From: Octopus sinensis
Lineage: Eukaryota
Reading direction: 5' to 3'
DNA: 64,000 bases
Assembly: GCF_006345805.1 (NCBI RefSeq)
Contig: NC_043013.1
Span: 56,296,001-56,360,000, forward strand
Shown: positions 26,484 to 41,604 of the stretch, piece after piece
Layout of the letters: every line of letters starts with the position of its first letter
Position numbering within the stretch: position 1 is the stretch's first letter
Notes under the pieces: model-generated
Database searches by the model: none
Seen by the model: only the letters and a program-made list of their open reading frames with translations
What the model was told of the DNA's origin: nothing
Position numbers and translations under genes: made by a program

Positions 26484-28419
26484 TTTACTTATAGAATTAT
26501 TAGTTTAATTTAAAATGTTAGTGCTTAATCCTTCGTAGAATTAAGATTGAATGAATGTGGTGATATCCAAGGTATGTTTGTTCCCAATCAACGCTTATTT
26601 TAGTGCTGTTGATAGCACTGGATTGAATGATACTGCCCAGGTGTCAAAACCATAGTGATATCGTGATATCCATGGAAATGTGTTGGATTGTTGGTATGGC
26701 CATTGTTGTATGTGTGGAGCAGTTTTATAAGACATCCATTTGTTATGTGTGTGTGTGTATGTGTGTGTGTATGTGTGTGTGTGTGTGTGTGTGTGAGTGT
26801 GTGTGTGTGAGTGTGTGTATTTGTAGTGCAATATATAGTTTCATAGAATCTTATGGCTATCACACAAAGACCCTCTAGTGGACCCATCTATCATATGACA
26901 TAGTAATACAAAACAGAAGGGGTATAATGTAGAGTCCCACACAGTTGAAATGCAGGAGATCTGATTAAGGAAATTGTTTCATGCAAAGTATACACTCCAT
27001 GATGAATCAGGAGGTAGGAAAGGTGAATATATTTATTTAACCATTTGATATCCATTAGAGTTGAAGCATTGATGTAACCTTGATGTTTTGCTCACTTGAA
27101 AGGTTCGTCTTCCATATCTGCCCTCATCTCTAAATATGCATCTGTATCGTGCAATGTGTCGCATGTATATTGGTGCAGAATAGTAAAATGATTCATTAAA
27201 CTCTGAAATTAATATTACATAATGAAGGCTGGAAAATGGGGCATAAATCTGCAGATATCAAGTGGCTAAATATATATGTATTCGTCTCTCATACATGCTA
27301 GCATTTTATGGCTTATATACAAGAAGGTACTGAAAGGTTCCTTGCTTTGGGTAAAAGAAAATACAGGAGAATCAGTTGATTAGGATTTCATTCAACATAT
27401 CCCCTTCTCAAATTCACTCAGTTATTGCAGTGGTCATTCAGTTTATCTAAGCCCTGGAAAAGAACTCAGAGGGTTGAGTCTCAAGCCAGGCCTTTCACAA
27501 TACCCTCGAAACAAGGAACTTTTCGACAATCCTTCATGTGTGTATATATAAACATAAATATATATATATACTCATATACACAAATTAAAAGCAGTCCTCA
27601 AAATGTAAATAATGGCAATAATTGAGAAATATCGGTACCTGCCATTCTCAATCCCCTCAGGGTGAATTGTCTCACTTGGTCTGGGACACACTGTGTACGT
27701 TAATACCAAGCATTATGTAAGGAGCTTTTCCTGGATGTTACCCTGCAGCAAATTGGTGTTTAAAAAAAACAAATAAGGAATGTATGTGCAACTGTTGATA
27801 TGTGTGTGTCTGTGTGTGTGTGTCTGTTTGTGTGTGTGTCTGTCTGTTTGTGTGTATATATTATATATATAAATGAATCAATATAATTGCCAACTCATTA
27901 TTTTTGTTAATATTTGAAGCGTTTATAGAATTTCAGTTACAAAGTATTCTCTGTCACTGGATCAGTAGATAAAGATCCTATGTTAGCATTAGTAGGTCAG
28001 CAAATAAATAAATAAATAGATATATCATCATCATCATCATCATCATCATCGTTGGCGTTGTCGCTTAATGTGTGTTTTCCATGCTGCTGGAATAGGTTGG
28101 ATGGTTCGAGAGGAGGCGGCAAGCCAGAAGTGTGTGCCAAGTTCTACTGTTTGCTTTGGCATGTTTTCTGCAGCCGAATGTCTTTCTTAATGCCAACCAT
28201 ATTACAGAATGTACTGGGCACTTTTAACAGAGCACCAGCACCAGTGAGGTCACCGAGTAACTTGCAAGATAAAGATCTTTAAAGAAGTCTTTGTCTTGCA
28301 AGCAGACTTTTGTCTGTATTCCTGAAGAAATAGAAGACTAAATAAACTGATGAACTGAAAATACATAAACATAAATATAATGGGACGAAGCCATTGGACA
28401 CAAAACTCTGTTTGCAAAG

Positions 28420-28798
28420 ACCTGTTGAGGCAAGTGAAATCAAAATCATTAAAAAAATCAATGGAAATTGTAGCTGTGATACCAGTGCCGGTGGCACGTT
28501 AAAAGCACCATCCGAACGTGGCCGTTGCCAGTGACATCTCGACTGGCTTCTGTGCTAGTGGCATGTAAAAAGCACCAACCAATCGTGGCTGTTGCCAGCC
28601 TCGCCTGACACCTGTGCCGGTGGCATGTAAAAAGCACCCACTGCACTCACAGAGTGGTTGGCGTTAGGAAGGGCATCCAGCTGTAGAAACACTGCCAGAT
28701 CAGACTGGAGCCTGGTGCAGCCTCCTGGCTTCCAGACCCCGGTCAAATCGTCCAACTCATGCTAGCATGGAAAACGGGCGTTAAACGATGATGATGAT
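28420..28798 (+). mobile_element. RTE 3'-UTR fragment (longer)
   Basis: GACCTGTTGAGGCAAGTGAAA, GGTGGCAC subunits and the terminal CATGCTAGCATGGAAA..GTTAAACGATGATG. Confidence 0.85.
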
Positions 28799-30043
28799 AA
28801 AAAGCAGTCATTATCAGATGCGTGAGAAGTGAAGATTGGTAGTGTGTAATTTACCATAATATATCTGGTGGTGTGATGTTATACATAAGTACACAGGTCT
28901 GATGAAACAAGCAAACACTGAGAAATACCATTCATTAATTCTTGTCTTGTGAAGTCTGAAGTAATTGAAGCACATACACCAAAGCATGCATGCCAGACCA
29001 AGGATTATGTAGTGTGTGTGTGTGTGTGTGTGGTGTGTGGCTGTATTTACTTGATGAATATCTCTAATCTGTTCATTGAAGCAGACACGATAAGCTTAAA
29101 GTGCAGATATGAAGAGTACAAACAATGTACACAAGAGGAAACCATCCCTGAATTGCAGTTGAAAAGCTGATGTTAAGAAAAAAGGAATTTTGACTGAATC
29201 ACTAATGTAAAGGTTGCAAGATCAATTATTTTATCAGAATGTTCCACTTTAGTTGCTATGAAATGTTTTTAGTTTTTGAGTTCTCTGTATTTTGATAAAG
29301 AAGGGGAAAAAATTCCTTGTCAGGTCTAGCCTGGTTTCTAAGTGAATGTGTGTATGAATAATAACTAACTCTAAAACCACGAGCAGTTTAGCCAATATAT
29401 GCGTTGCTGTTCTGGTGGCACAGAGTATAAACACTAGCTTAAAATGCAGGTAAGCAAATACTTTATCATCATCGTTTTAATATACACTTTTCCATGTTAG
29501 CATGGATTGGACAGGATTTGTTGAGGCAGATATTTTTATTGCCAGAAGCCCTCCTAGTTGCAATCCCTTCCATAATAAGACGGGAAATGAAAGACAAAAC
29601 TTGCATGATGATTACATCCTTTCAGAACTCTCCAATGAAGTGAAGGCAAGGGTAGAAACACACATACATGCACACACACACACACACACACACATACACA
29701 CACACACAAGTAGGCACACATATGTACACACACACATATAAATATGGTTGGGATTCAGTCCCATTATGTGGAACCCTGTGCAATGTCTTCTGCTATAGCC
29801 TTGGTCTGACCAAAATCTGGTGAGTGGAATTGGCAGATGGAATTGAAAGCAGTCCATGCTATAGGTGTATTTGAATTTAACATCAGAAACAGCTCAATGA
29901 TGTAAGCATTATCAATATCCCATGCTTAATGTGTGTGTGTGTGTGTGTGTGCGCCTCTGTGTGTGTGTGTATGTGTGTGTGTGTGTATTTGTTTGTCCTT
30001 GACTTGACATCATGTGATGATTGTAAATTAGTATCCCCATCAT

Positions 30044-30452
30044 AGGCGCAAGAGTAGCTGTGTGGTAAGTAGCTTGCTAACCAACCAAATGGTCCCGGGT
30101 TCAGTCCCACTGTGTGGCATCTTGAGCAAGTGTCTTCTGCTATAGCCCCGGGCCGACCGATGCCTTGTGAGTGGATTTGGTAGACGGAAACTGAAAGAAG
30201 CCTGTCATATATATGTATATATATATATGTATGTGTGTGTTTGTGTGTCTGTGTTTGTACCCCTAGCATTGCTTGACAACCGATGCTGGTGTGTTTATGT
30301 CCCCGTTACTTAGCGGTTCGGCAAAAGAGACCGATAGAATAAGTACTGAGCTTACAAAAGAATAAGTCCCAGGGTCGAGATGCTCGATTAAAGGCGGTGC
30401 TCCAGCATGGCCGCAGTCAAATGACTGAAACAAGTAAAAGAGAAAGAGAGAG
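30044..30452 (+). mobile_element. tRNA-derived SINE, family A
   Basis: Full head-to-tail match to the other copies. Confidence 0.9.
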
Positions 30453-31249
30453 ATACAGAGTCATTGATTTCCAACATTCTGTGAAAATGTCTGTCTGTGT
30501 GAAAATATTACTTTGCTTGGAATATAGGTGAGGGTTAGTGACAGGAAAGGCATTCAGCCGTAACAGACTCAGTGTAACCCATGCAGGCATGGAAAAGTGG
30601 ATATTATAATGATGAGGATGATGATGGGGATGATATGCATGCACATATACTACAAACATGGATACATATGTATCTGTGTGTTTATTATATTTATATATGT
30701 ATATATGTGTGTGTGCATGAGTGTGTGCATGTGTGTGTGCGTGTGTGTGTGTAGTAACAAAATATTAAGCAGTTGTCTATTTATCACACAAGACTATGAA
30801 ATAAATATATCCATATCTTTATTCCTTCCTCTTGCTTGAGGACGCAATAAAATGGAACCTGAATAATGTATCTCCACTTAATTTCTGAACAAGAAATATC
30901 TCAAACGGAGCCAAATTCCTCCCAATGGTACGATTCCTATCTGTCTTGCAAAGAGCAATTGCTTATTATAGTAAATTGTGTTTTAGTTTTTATGAAAAAT
31001 TGATAAAGTATGCGAACAGTCTTAATAACTACACTGCTGTTTCTAATGTTGGCTGATGAATAGGAGGGGGGGAGGAGAAAAGGGGAGAAGAGGAAGGGAG
31101 GGGTGGGGGCAATTTCTGGCTTCCAATGGCTTGGTTTGTGTTCTTGTTGTTTTTAGTTTGTGGTTGGATGAGTGCAAGTGAAGCAAAGAATGCTCTAACA
31201 TTCTCTAAGATGCTGCAGAAAATAGATGCCGTGCCAAATTTTAGATTAA

Positions 31250-31890
31250 ACATTTCCATGGATTCTTTGCTAAGTGTTTCTTGAAATCCAGAGATTTAAT
31301 TAAGAATTATCAACTTATTTGAGAAGTGAGTGTAAATGACCAGAAGCAGAAGGGAGGAAAAGGAGGAGGAGGAGGAGGAGAAGGTGGGGGGGTGGAGGAG
31401 GAGATTTCTTAGATTTGATGGGTGAAATAATATCAGAAATTAGTGACAAAATTGAGGAAGTTGAGAAAATTTGGAGGCTTTTTGGCTGGGAGAATACATT
31501 AAGGGTGAAAGGGTAGGTTACTTTGGAATACCATTTTTAGTGAGGTTAAGAAGAATAGAGACAGTCAGGCATATTCTTGATAGAATTGCTCTTGTTTAGA
31601 GGAAGAACAGTTTGCTTTGTGTCAATAGTTTAACATGTTTTCTTTTGACATCGTCAGAAGTGAAAGGACGGAAAACATTATCATTGATCAGAGACATCAA
31701 TAATGATGGAAAGAAAAGATGAAACCATGGTCTGCACATTGCCACTTCTGTAGGAATCACTGTACAAAGATAGTGAAGACCTAAGATAAATTCTTGGAAC
31801 AGATTTGGTTCTTTTTGATATATTTAAGGGTACAGATGGTGGTAATAAACTGAAGAACAGATTAAGTGGTGGGAATCGGGGTATAAGCAA
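31250..31890 (-). pseudogene. Possible highly decayed CR1-group LINE RT fragment
   Basis: Only frameshifted traces resembling VPQGSILGP and YFTPSQL on the minus strand; weak. Confidence 0.3.
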
Positions 31891-32786
31891 AATATTTGTG
31901 AATTAATGGCTTAATTAGAAAAGAATCATTAGATCATTGAACAAAATACATTGTGAGATTTTATTGCGATAAATGTAAAAGCACTGAAATGAGTTTTGTG
32001 AGATACAAATAAGATAAGAATTTATTTTCAAAAACACAAACACTGATAGAACTGCAGAGACATGATAAAATATCCATACAAAGTGGGAAAATATGTCAGC
32101 AACCAGCCATATGTGACCAACACTAAAATCTTCCAAATTGGTTGAGCTATAATGTTTTAAGATGAAATATCATGTTACAACATTATAACTCCCTCACTCC
32201 TAATGAAAGGGACAAGAAGTACAAAAAGGAAGGAGTCAGTCATTTTACTACAGTTGTCAAGACCCTGACTGTCAGTTAAATGCATTTTGGAATCTGATGA
32301 TTACTACGAATATATGAAAGCATTGGTTAAACTTTAGGAACATTACAAAATATTTTTTTAATGTTTAACATACTTCAACATTGAAAACAAATTTTTTAAA
32401 GTACAATTATAAAAAATCGTCAAAACCAGACCATGTTTTCTTCCTTTTTGTACCTCTCAGAAGGCTCCAACAAGCTGAATCTTTTGGAATACGGTTTTGA
32501 CCAATCCACATGCAGCTTAGAAGTCATGGTTTGCTGGGTGTACCGATATTACTGGCATACATCCCATCTTTATTTTAACCAATTAGTTTGTGGTTTACAT
32601 GTAATGGTTTTATGAGGGAGAAAACTCAGTTGGTTTTCATAGTTGTTTATATTGATAGGTTAAAGATATTTTTTAATTCACATCATTAACTGGTTGTTAT
32701 ATTATTGCTGTTATTTCTGTTCAGAATAGGTTTGAACATTTTAACTGATATATTATTCTATACACATTAACACAAATTCGGAAATA

Positions 32787-32838
<52 letters not shown>

Positions 32839-33296
32839 GTGTGTGTGTGTGTGCGCGTGCGTGTGTGTGTGTGAGTGTGTTTGTATATATTGATCCATGC
32901 ATTTAATGGTAAGACACATCTTGCACATGCTCTTGGAGGCATTGTCAGTGGTGTTTCTGGGGTCTCAGGTGTTTCGGGTTTTGCAGCATCTGAGCTCCCT
33001 TATGCATAGATATGTGTGTGTAGAGAGAGAGAAGGAAAGAGAGGGGGTGTACGTGCGTGTGTGTGTTCATATTTCCTGTCTTGACCTGCACTAGACACAA
33101 AGGACCCTCTCCATCATACAAACCACATCATTCATTTAGCTTTGAGTTGTTCCTGTTCAAAGAAAAGGAAATGTTGCCTTTGTTAGAAATAACTTGAAGG
33201 TTGGCAACAGGAAAGGAATCCAGCTGAAAAAAATCTCCCTCAACAAATTTTGTCTGACCCATGCAAGCATAGGAAAGGGAACATTCAAGTGACATA

Positions 33297-34561
33297 TTAG
33301 GTGGTTCAGAAAGTTCTGAGCATTTTAAACCTAAATATTTAATGCTTGATTGAACACACTGGAAATGTAACACAATAAAACCTTTGGCATTGCTTGGAGT
33401 GGTGGTGCATCTCCTCTTCGTTCCTGACGGAAAATAGATTTAGCTTTCATTTTGGGTACCCTTTATTGACATTTGAAATATCTAAGCAAAAATTCCATAT
33501 TCGTGTTGTGATGTTTTTATTTTTTCAAAAAGGAGAAAATGCTGCAAAGACTTGCAAAAACATTTGTGAAGTTTCTGGTGATGATGATGCTGTAGGTGAA
33601 TCAATTATTCAAAGATGGTTTGCAAAATTTAAAGCTGGAGAGTTTAGCTTAAAGGATGACTGTTACAGTGGAAGACCTTCAAAATTGGAGGAAGATGTTT
33701 TGAAGTCAAAAATCAAAGAAAACACAAGAGAACTTGCAGAGGAGTTGGAAGTTCCTAAAAGTATGGCCCATGAACACCTAATGAAGCAAGGATACATTTA
33801 TCACTATAATGTGTGGGTCTCTCAAAGACTCTCAGAAAAGATTTGCTTGAACCAGTATGACATGCTTTTATGACATGCTCTTGAAATGGAATGAAAGCTT
33901 GCCTTTTTTGAAACAACTTGTGATTGGAGATGTAAAATGGATTGTTTACAAAAACTTAGGGAGAAAAAGATCCTGGAGTTTGCATAAAGATCCTCCGAAG
34001 CAGCAACCAAAGAAGAATATCCTTACCAAAAAGCTATATTTTGTGTTTGGTGGGATCATAAAGGCATTATTTATTATGAGCTTCTCCTACTAATCCAGAC
34101 CATTAATTCGTCAGCTGGCTAATTTGTACCAAAAAATCAAAGAACTGAGGCTGGAGATTGCCAACAGGAAAGGAGTAGTGTTCTGACAAGACAATGCCCA
34201 ACCACATGTGTCTTTGGTTACCCGAACAAAGTCACATGACCTTGGCTGGGATCTCTTACCCCATCCACCATATTCTCCTCATATTGCATCATCCGACTGC
34301 CACTTGTTCTTGTCTCTACAGAACTCATTGCAAGGAAAAACATTTAAAGATTTAGATGGAGTCAAAATGCCTCTATATAACATTTTTTCTTCAAAACCAG
34401 TCAAACTTTATGTGGATGGAATATTGAAATTGCCTGATAGATGGGCAAAAGTCATTAATAATAATGTAAATTATTTCATTCAATAAAATTTATTGAAAGG
34501 TCAGTTATTTATATCCCTTTTACCATATTAAAAAACACTCAGAACTTTCTGGACAACCTAA
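33297..34561 (+). mobile_element. Decayed mariner (DD34D) DNA transposon
   Basis: TIRs TTAGGTGGTTCAGAAAGTTCTGAG / CTCAGAACTTTCTGGACAACCTAA with TA on the left. ORF fragments QRWFAKFKAGEFSL..SGRP, WVSQRL (WVPHEL-like), IGDVKW, HPPYSPHIASSD (YSPDLAPSD-like); stops and frameshifts. Confidence 0.93.
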
Positions 34562-35258
34562 AAATATACAATGAGGTTTGTTGCTTCTCGTTCTCTTTGT
34601 AAGGATCAGAAATTTTAGGCTTTTAAGAGAATCTTGCTCATTGTTATATAACCTAAAATTGGGATTTCTAGTGGCAGCTAGAGAGGGAAAGAAGGAGGCA
34701 TTTCAGGGGAAATTAGCTGCTATTTCTAAATGTTGTGATACACAGATTTACTGTAAGTTTGAATTTTATTCAAAAACTGGATGTTATAAAAATAAATATT
34801 TGGAAGATTATCTCCTGTAGCATTAAGCCATACCTTATTAAGCAGATTAGAATTAAAAGAATCCTGCTATGCCCACCTCTACTTTCTTTAGAACTGAATT
34901 GTTATTAAATGTTCTTTATTTTTAAGACAGAGGTAGAATTTTTACTACTTCTAGGAGAGCAAATGTCCACATAGTGGTGCTGTCTTCAGCTCATCTTTCA
35001 GAACATATTTTTTTTGTTTTTGCTGGGCAAATTACAAGAAGAATAGTTAATATAAACCTCATTATCTGTTATTCATAACAATTAATTCAGAGATTCTTAG
35101 CAATTTCACCTTGAACTAATTTTGCCCAATGCTTAATTATACCTTACCTTGGTGCAGGTAAATATATTTAACCTTGGATGGCTTGTACACACATACATAC
35201 ATACATACATACATACATACATACATACATGTATATATGAAACAATAAACTGATAGAC

Positions 35259-35309
<51 letters not shown>

Positions 35310-35720
35310 AGTGGGCCTTTATCTGCCTTATTCTGGATATCATATTAATGTTGGAAACATTTAGAGTTAATTCATTTAAGAATATTTCAATTGTATCATT
35401 ATCTCGACAATTTTAAAATCCACACCATGGATGAATATTAAATCTATGTTTAAAATGTGTCATATAAGAGCATTATATTGGTGAACATATAAATATAAAT
35501 ACATAAATGTATACAGCCATGAGTGGCCTTAAATCAATTTATCAGAAAGGTTTCGAGAGCCATAGAGTGAAAGCAAACAATTAGCAAGGCAGGTTGATGA
35601 TCCAATTTGTTTCTCTTGTGTTGGCATCTTGTATTAGTTACATACTTAATGGTCTTGAAGATTATTCAGCATTGCTCACTCATACATTCCCCATTCCTTA
35701 TACATGTACAGCATTCATAC

Positions 35721-35755
<35 letters not shown>

Positions 35756-36479
35756 CAATATATGTATATATAGCATCTTCTCATTGGCACTTTCATCCAA
35801 TTGAGATTTATACTGAAATCAACACAAATCCAATTCGGAAATTATTGATTGATCCTGCTACTACAGAACTTATGGAAGCTCATATCAAATGGCATCGCGT
35901 ATCATGTGGCTCAAATGCATGTGACGAATTGGTAAAACGTCAGACATCAGAGTGGTGGATTAATGGGAGTGGAAGAGCCTAAGATTGAATACCTAGAAGG
36001 TCGGCACACACATCAAATTCATAAGTGCATGACATGCTGACCCCATCTCAAGATATACAGCACGTGACTTTGTAGGTGGGGGTTCAGGTAGAATTTTCTT
36101 CAGGTCGAGTAGCCCATCCCACTCAAATAAGGGTTGTTTGAGGATGTTGAACAAACCACCCATGTTTCCTGAGGTGAATTATTCAAACCCCAAAGAATCC
36201 CTCTCAACACGTGGCTATGATGCTCCCCACTACTTCTGCTCATTATCAGAGATGCATATATCATCAGCCATTAAGGGACATGCTCAACTGGTTACGGTCA
36301 AACAGCTGACAAGCAAATCTGTGGTATTGAGTAGAATATTTGCTGTATTTGCCCATCTTTTATACCAAGACAAAACAATGTACATGATAACACTTCCAAC
36401 CAGTTAAGATCAGAAGCCATGAGAGCCACTGCCTGGTACTGTATCAGGGCATTTTGTCATCATCATCATTATTATTATT

Positions 36480-36680
36480 AAAGTGGTGATCTGGCAGACT
36501 TCTTAGCATACAGTACAAAATGCTCAGAGGTTCTGAGTTCAAATTCTGCCAATTTTACCATTCCTCTTTTTGGAGTTCATAAAATAGACAAGTACCAGAA
36601 AGAGAAATACTGCAATCAATGTCATTTAATAGCTCCTTCCCCCAACAGTTTCATGCCTTGCTCCTATAGTACAAAGGATT
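36480..36680 (+). mobile_element. SINE family B (internally deleted)
   Basis: GTGGTGATCTGGCAGA..GTTCTGAGTTCAAATTCTGCC..GCCTTGCTCCTATAGTACAAAGGATT. Confidence 0.7.
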
Positions 36681-37985
36681 GTTGTTGTTGTTGTGAAGGG
36701 AAAGAGTTGGCTCTGAACTTGTGTAGTTCTCATTTTCTTTGTACCCTTACAATCCTGTTCTGTTCGTAGGAGGTGACACCTCTATTGGAACAGCTTTGTC
36801 AGCCAGGGTTTACCCTTGTGCTTGCCTTTCCCAGGGGCCAGATTTGATCTCACAGTCCTTCAGTGAGGCTTTGAACGGTGTCCTTGCACTGCTTTTCCTG
36901 TCAACCCTGTGTGCAATTGTCTTCTGCCAGTTTACTGTAAAACCACTTCTAGGGGGAGTCACATGTCAGGCATGTGTGTGTATGTGTGCATGTATACATA
37001 CATGTGTGTGTGTGTACATATACATACATACATACACACACGTGCACATGCATACACAGATATACATGAACATACATTTATAAATAAATATAAAGCGATC
37101 CATATAAGCGCATATTACGTATGGCTAGATACATATACATGTCCATGTATGTTGATGTGTATACATGTGACAACCATGATCCCTTCGAATCCTCCATGTT
37201 TATACAATACTTATAGTATTTATCAGATTGTGTGACTTGTGATGGTATTCATTTTTGCTTCATTTTTACGTATTATATATTTGATTTTCGTAAATATTTC
37301 AGTGAATACAATTGTAAGGTTCAGGAAGGTGGAGGAGGGGGAATGAATCAGTGTTTTTGTCTGTGTGTCCTTCACTGTCTTCTTTCTTTCTTTCTTTCTT
37401 TCCTCCTTCCTTTCTGCTTTCCCAATATGGCCGAGATATTGGTAGTTTTCCAATCATAGGTTTTTGAATACAGGATTTGAGAAACATATATATTAAAGGT
37501 GTTTTCTTATTGTTTGAATAAAAGCCGTGTTATTTGATGTTGCCATTGTTGAATGCGATGATGTGTAGCCATTGTTACAGTTGAGATTACCAACTTTTGT
37601 TTTTGTGATTTAGTGAACATGTGAAGTTAGTAGGCACACACACACGAATGTTCGCTACCTTCCTTCGTTTTGTTTGGCTGTTGTTGATTCATTCACTTAT
37701 CTCTTTAGTTTATTGATAGCTGCTTTTTATTTTTGTTAGTGTTTGGAGCACAGGTTCACCGTGTTTGAAGTTGCAGCGAGCTTTTCTATTAAATTGGATG
37801 TAGTTGCAGTTGTTAAGTTACAATTCTCTTCATTTTATGTTAACTTTTTCAGTGATTTTCGTCAATGTGTCTACTATCTATCTTTTTCAATGTCTACCTT
37901 TGTACCTATAATTACAGAACAATATGAAAATACATCAAACTATCTGTCTGTCCGTCTGTCTGCCTGTCTATCTATCTGTAATATG

Positions 37986-38033
<48 letters not shown>

Positions 38034-38179
38034 TTATTTGAAGAGCCCAGTATTACATATCCATTATGGCTGATCTTACCAGTCAGTTTCACACTAGCGT
38101 TTCAAAGAAGTGTTAGGTAACAATCCGATTATGTAAACCTGCGCTCATCAGAGGTGGGCGTTATGGAATAATATATCCA

Positions 38180-38223
<44 letters not shown>

Positions 38224-38227
<4 letters not shown>

Positions 38228-38243
38228 TAGATAGATAGATAGG

Positions 38244-38333
<90 letters not shown>

Positions 38334-38335
38334 TG
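38224..38335. repeat. (TAGA)n microsatellite
   Basis: Direct inspection. Confidence 0.95.
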
Positions 38336-38349
38336 TATATATATTTATG

Positions 38350-38610
38350 TGCAGGTCACACATAAAAAGCACCATTTGAGCATGGCTGTTGCCAGTACCG
38401 CCTGACTGGCACTCATGATGGTGGCATGTAAAAAGCACCCACTACACTCTCGGAGTTGTTGGCATTAGGAAGGACATCCAGCTGCAGCTGTAGAAACTCT
38501 GCCAGATCAGATTGGAGCCTGGTGCAGCCTTGTAGCTCACCAGTCATCAGTCAAAACGTCCAACCCATGCCAGCCTGGAAAGCAGACGTTAAACGATGAT
38601 GATGATGATA
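38350..38610 (+). mobile_element. RTE 3'-end fragment
   Basis: Same terminal sequence and (GAT)n tail. Confidence 0.8.
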
Positions 38611-38939
38611 TATTCTTTTATTCTTTTACTCTCCAACTCATTTTAGCCAGAGGCTGGGGCCATGCTAGAGCACCGCCTTTCAATGTTTTGGGGTCTCCTT
38701 TCTGTACTGTTTCTAAACAAGAATGCTGGTGACAGTGATTTCGAAGTTTTGGCTAGCTAAGCAATCATCTAATGATGACTTAGCTGGCGAAAACTTTGAA
38801 GTCACTATCAAGAACATTCTTGTATAAAAATAATAAATTTGTACTCTACAAAAGTATGGAGTAAGCCATCAGATTAATGCAAAATTGCTTTTATTGTAAT
38901 TGAGCATAAAAACACACATTAATATGTATGTGTATATAT

Positions 38940-39235
38940 ATCATCATCATCATCATCGTTTAACGTCCGTTTTCCATGCTGGCATCGGTTAGGGGACTGG
39001 CAAGTCAGGAGGCTGCACCAATCTGATCTGGCAATGTTTCTACAGCTTGATGCCCTACCTAAAACCAACCACTCCAAGAGTGTAGTGGGTGCTTCTTACG
39101 TGCCACCGGCAAGGGATCAAGTCAAGGTGGCACTGGCATCAACCATGTTTGGATGGTGCTTTTTATGTGCCGCTGGCACAGGAGCCAGTTGGTGGGGTGT
39201 AACATCTACCACATTTGGATAGTGCTTTTTACATG
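38940..39235 (-). mobile_element. RTE 3'-end fragment
   Basis: (CAT)n-CGTTTAACGTCCGTTTTCCATGCTGGCAT, the reverse complement of the family end. Confidence 0.8.
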
Positions 39236-39244
39236 CTATCAGCA

Positions 39245-39552
39245 TATAGCCTCGGGCCGACCAAAGCCTCATGAGTGGATTTGGTAGACAGAAACTAAAA
39301 GAAGCCTGTCATATATATGTGTGTGTGTGTGTGTGTCTGTGTAAATGTTTGTGTGTCTGTGTTTGTGCCTCAACATTGCTTGACAACCAATGCTGGTGTG
39401 TTTATGTCCCCATAACTTAGCACTTCAGCAAAAGAGACCGATAGAATAAGTACTAGGCTTACAAAGAATAAGGGGTTGATTTGCTTGACTAAAGGTGGTG
39501 CTCCAGCATGGCCACAGTCAAATGACTGAAACAAGTAAAAGAGAGTAAAGAG
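39245..39552 (+). mobile_element. SINE family A, 5'-truncated
   Basis: Body and tail match. Confidence 0.85.
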
Positions 39553-41572
39553 TATATATATATATTAATAGTTATCGCCATACTTATATGGCAGTCTTAT
39601 ATTTATAAGACTGCCATATAAGTATGGCGATAACTATTAATTTCCAGTAACGCTGCCATAATCTCCTTTAGAGAGACTTAGTAATTTTAATATTTCTATT
39701 ATATATATATATATATATATATACATATACATACATATCAGAACTTATTGCAAATAGACACATGCACATTCACAGAGATTTGATTCCAGTGAACTTCATA
39801 GAAAGATTCAATGTTTGTTGTGTTTTCACGTATTGTATTCCTTTATATTGTTTTTCTGTAATTGATGAGTTGTGAAGCTTCGCTTCAAAAATGGTTCAGT
39901 TAAGAATAGGAACAATGAGGTCTTGCAACGAAGTATTCACCAGACACTGTGTCCTCATTACAAACTTGTTTACACATTCGACAACATCGTATACAAAAAT
40001 TGTAGAATCTTTCACCAGGAAATGAAGATTTCCTAAAGACTTCGACGAACAAGAATAGCTATGAACTTTCTGACCTATAACTTTCCAGAAGGCAAATGAG
40101 AGTAGGATACAGATTTACACACACACACACACACACACATTATCATCATTTTACATTTGTTTTCCATAATGACATGAGTCAGACGGATCATTATAGTGTG
40201 AACTGTTTGTATAGATTTACTGGGTGATGGTTAACTGGTGCGACAAACAAATGTAAGCTCCAACATAATCGCATGAATAACAATAGTAAAAGAAATAGAA
40301 ACCAAGTTTTCTTCAGCTTTCCTTAAAGAAGGAAAGGCCATGATGTTTAATGTACTCCTAGATAAACTATGTCTATAAAAACGTTGGAAGGTCTACGTTA
40401 CTTGCCTTTAATCATAGTACTTCATGATCAGGGCAGAACTGGGGCTAAACAACATTACCACCACCATCAGCAACAATAACAACAGCAACACCGTAGACAT
40501 TTGTTGTATTAGCTTTCTTCAACATTCACATATTTACAGAGCAGTTAAATCCTGTACAATTACGGAACCAACAGCAAGTCTTTGGAACATTCTCAATAAA
40601 TATATTCTCAGACTGTCTCTCGGCTTTGCATAGCACTTACACACCGAAATTTGGTTCCTCCCACCTGTCCGCAACTCCCTTCTCCACCCACGTTTCAATA
40701 ACATTCTCAGACACCATAAAGATAACTCCTCGTCATAATGGAGAGTGAATGTCTCCGACATTAACTAGGCAAAAGTTTTCTAAGCACAATTCCACAACAG
40801 CCACACTAATGCCAGAACGTCAGCACCGTTTCTGCAGAGGGAGAGAGAGAGAGCGAGAGAGACAGATGCTGTTTTGGTGGAGAATATATATATGTCGAGA
40901 ACTGGTGAGAACACACATGCACTGACACATAGACACACACTGATACATGCACACACATCGACGCATACACACAAACTGAGGCGTATACACACACACTGAC
41001 GCATAATTACAAACTGACGCATACACACAAGTACACATCAATAGATGTCTTTCAGTTTTGTAAAGCAAACACAATGTGTGTGTACGTGTATATGCATGTC
41101 TGAGTGTATGTGCATATGTGTAGTTATCTGTATATGTGTGTCAGTCTGTGCGCATGTGTTCCTATCTACTTCTGCATGTGCATGTGTGTGTGTGTGTGTG
41201 TGTATGCACATATATATGTGTTCATATGAATGTGTCAGAGAATATTTCCATGCACACGTAATTGCCTTGCAACTACTTGTAAATAGTAAGAAAAATAGAA
41301 GAAAAAGGAAAGAGTGTGGCAGCTATAAACCAGAATCTAATATTAGTATCGATTCTGCAATCTGATCAGAGCCAATCTTTAAGTAAATATATATATTTAA
41401 CTAACAGCATCACAAAAGCGATTCTAACTGCTTCCTCTTTCTCCATAGAGTTGTTGCATTATTTGAAACAATGTAGTTTTAGGAGCTGACATACATAGGG
41501 CCGTACACATCTTCATGGGCTTTTACATACACATCCTTCGGCACAGATACAGCCAGTTACAGATACTTGCAC

Positions 41573-41604
<32 letters not shown>

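Noticed and set aside
36000-36450. Segment that looks like an interspersed repeat or snRNA-derived head
   Set aside because: Only one copy is present in the window and there is no real match to U snRNA sequences I can recall, so it is unsupported.
38091-38160. Minus-strand CUGAUGA ... GAAACGCUAGUG resembling a hammerhead
   Set aside because: No base-paired stem II at the core junction and no convincing stem I.
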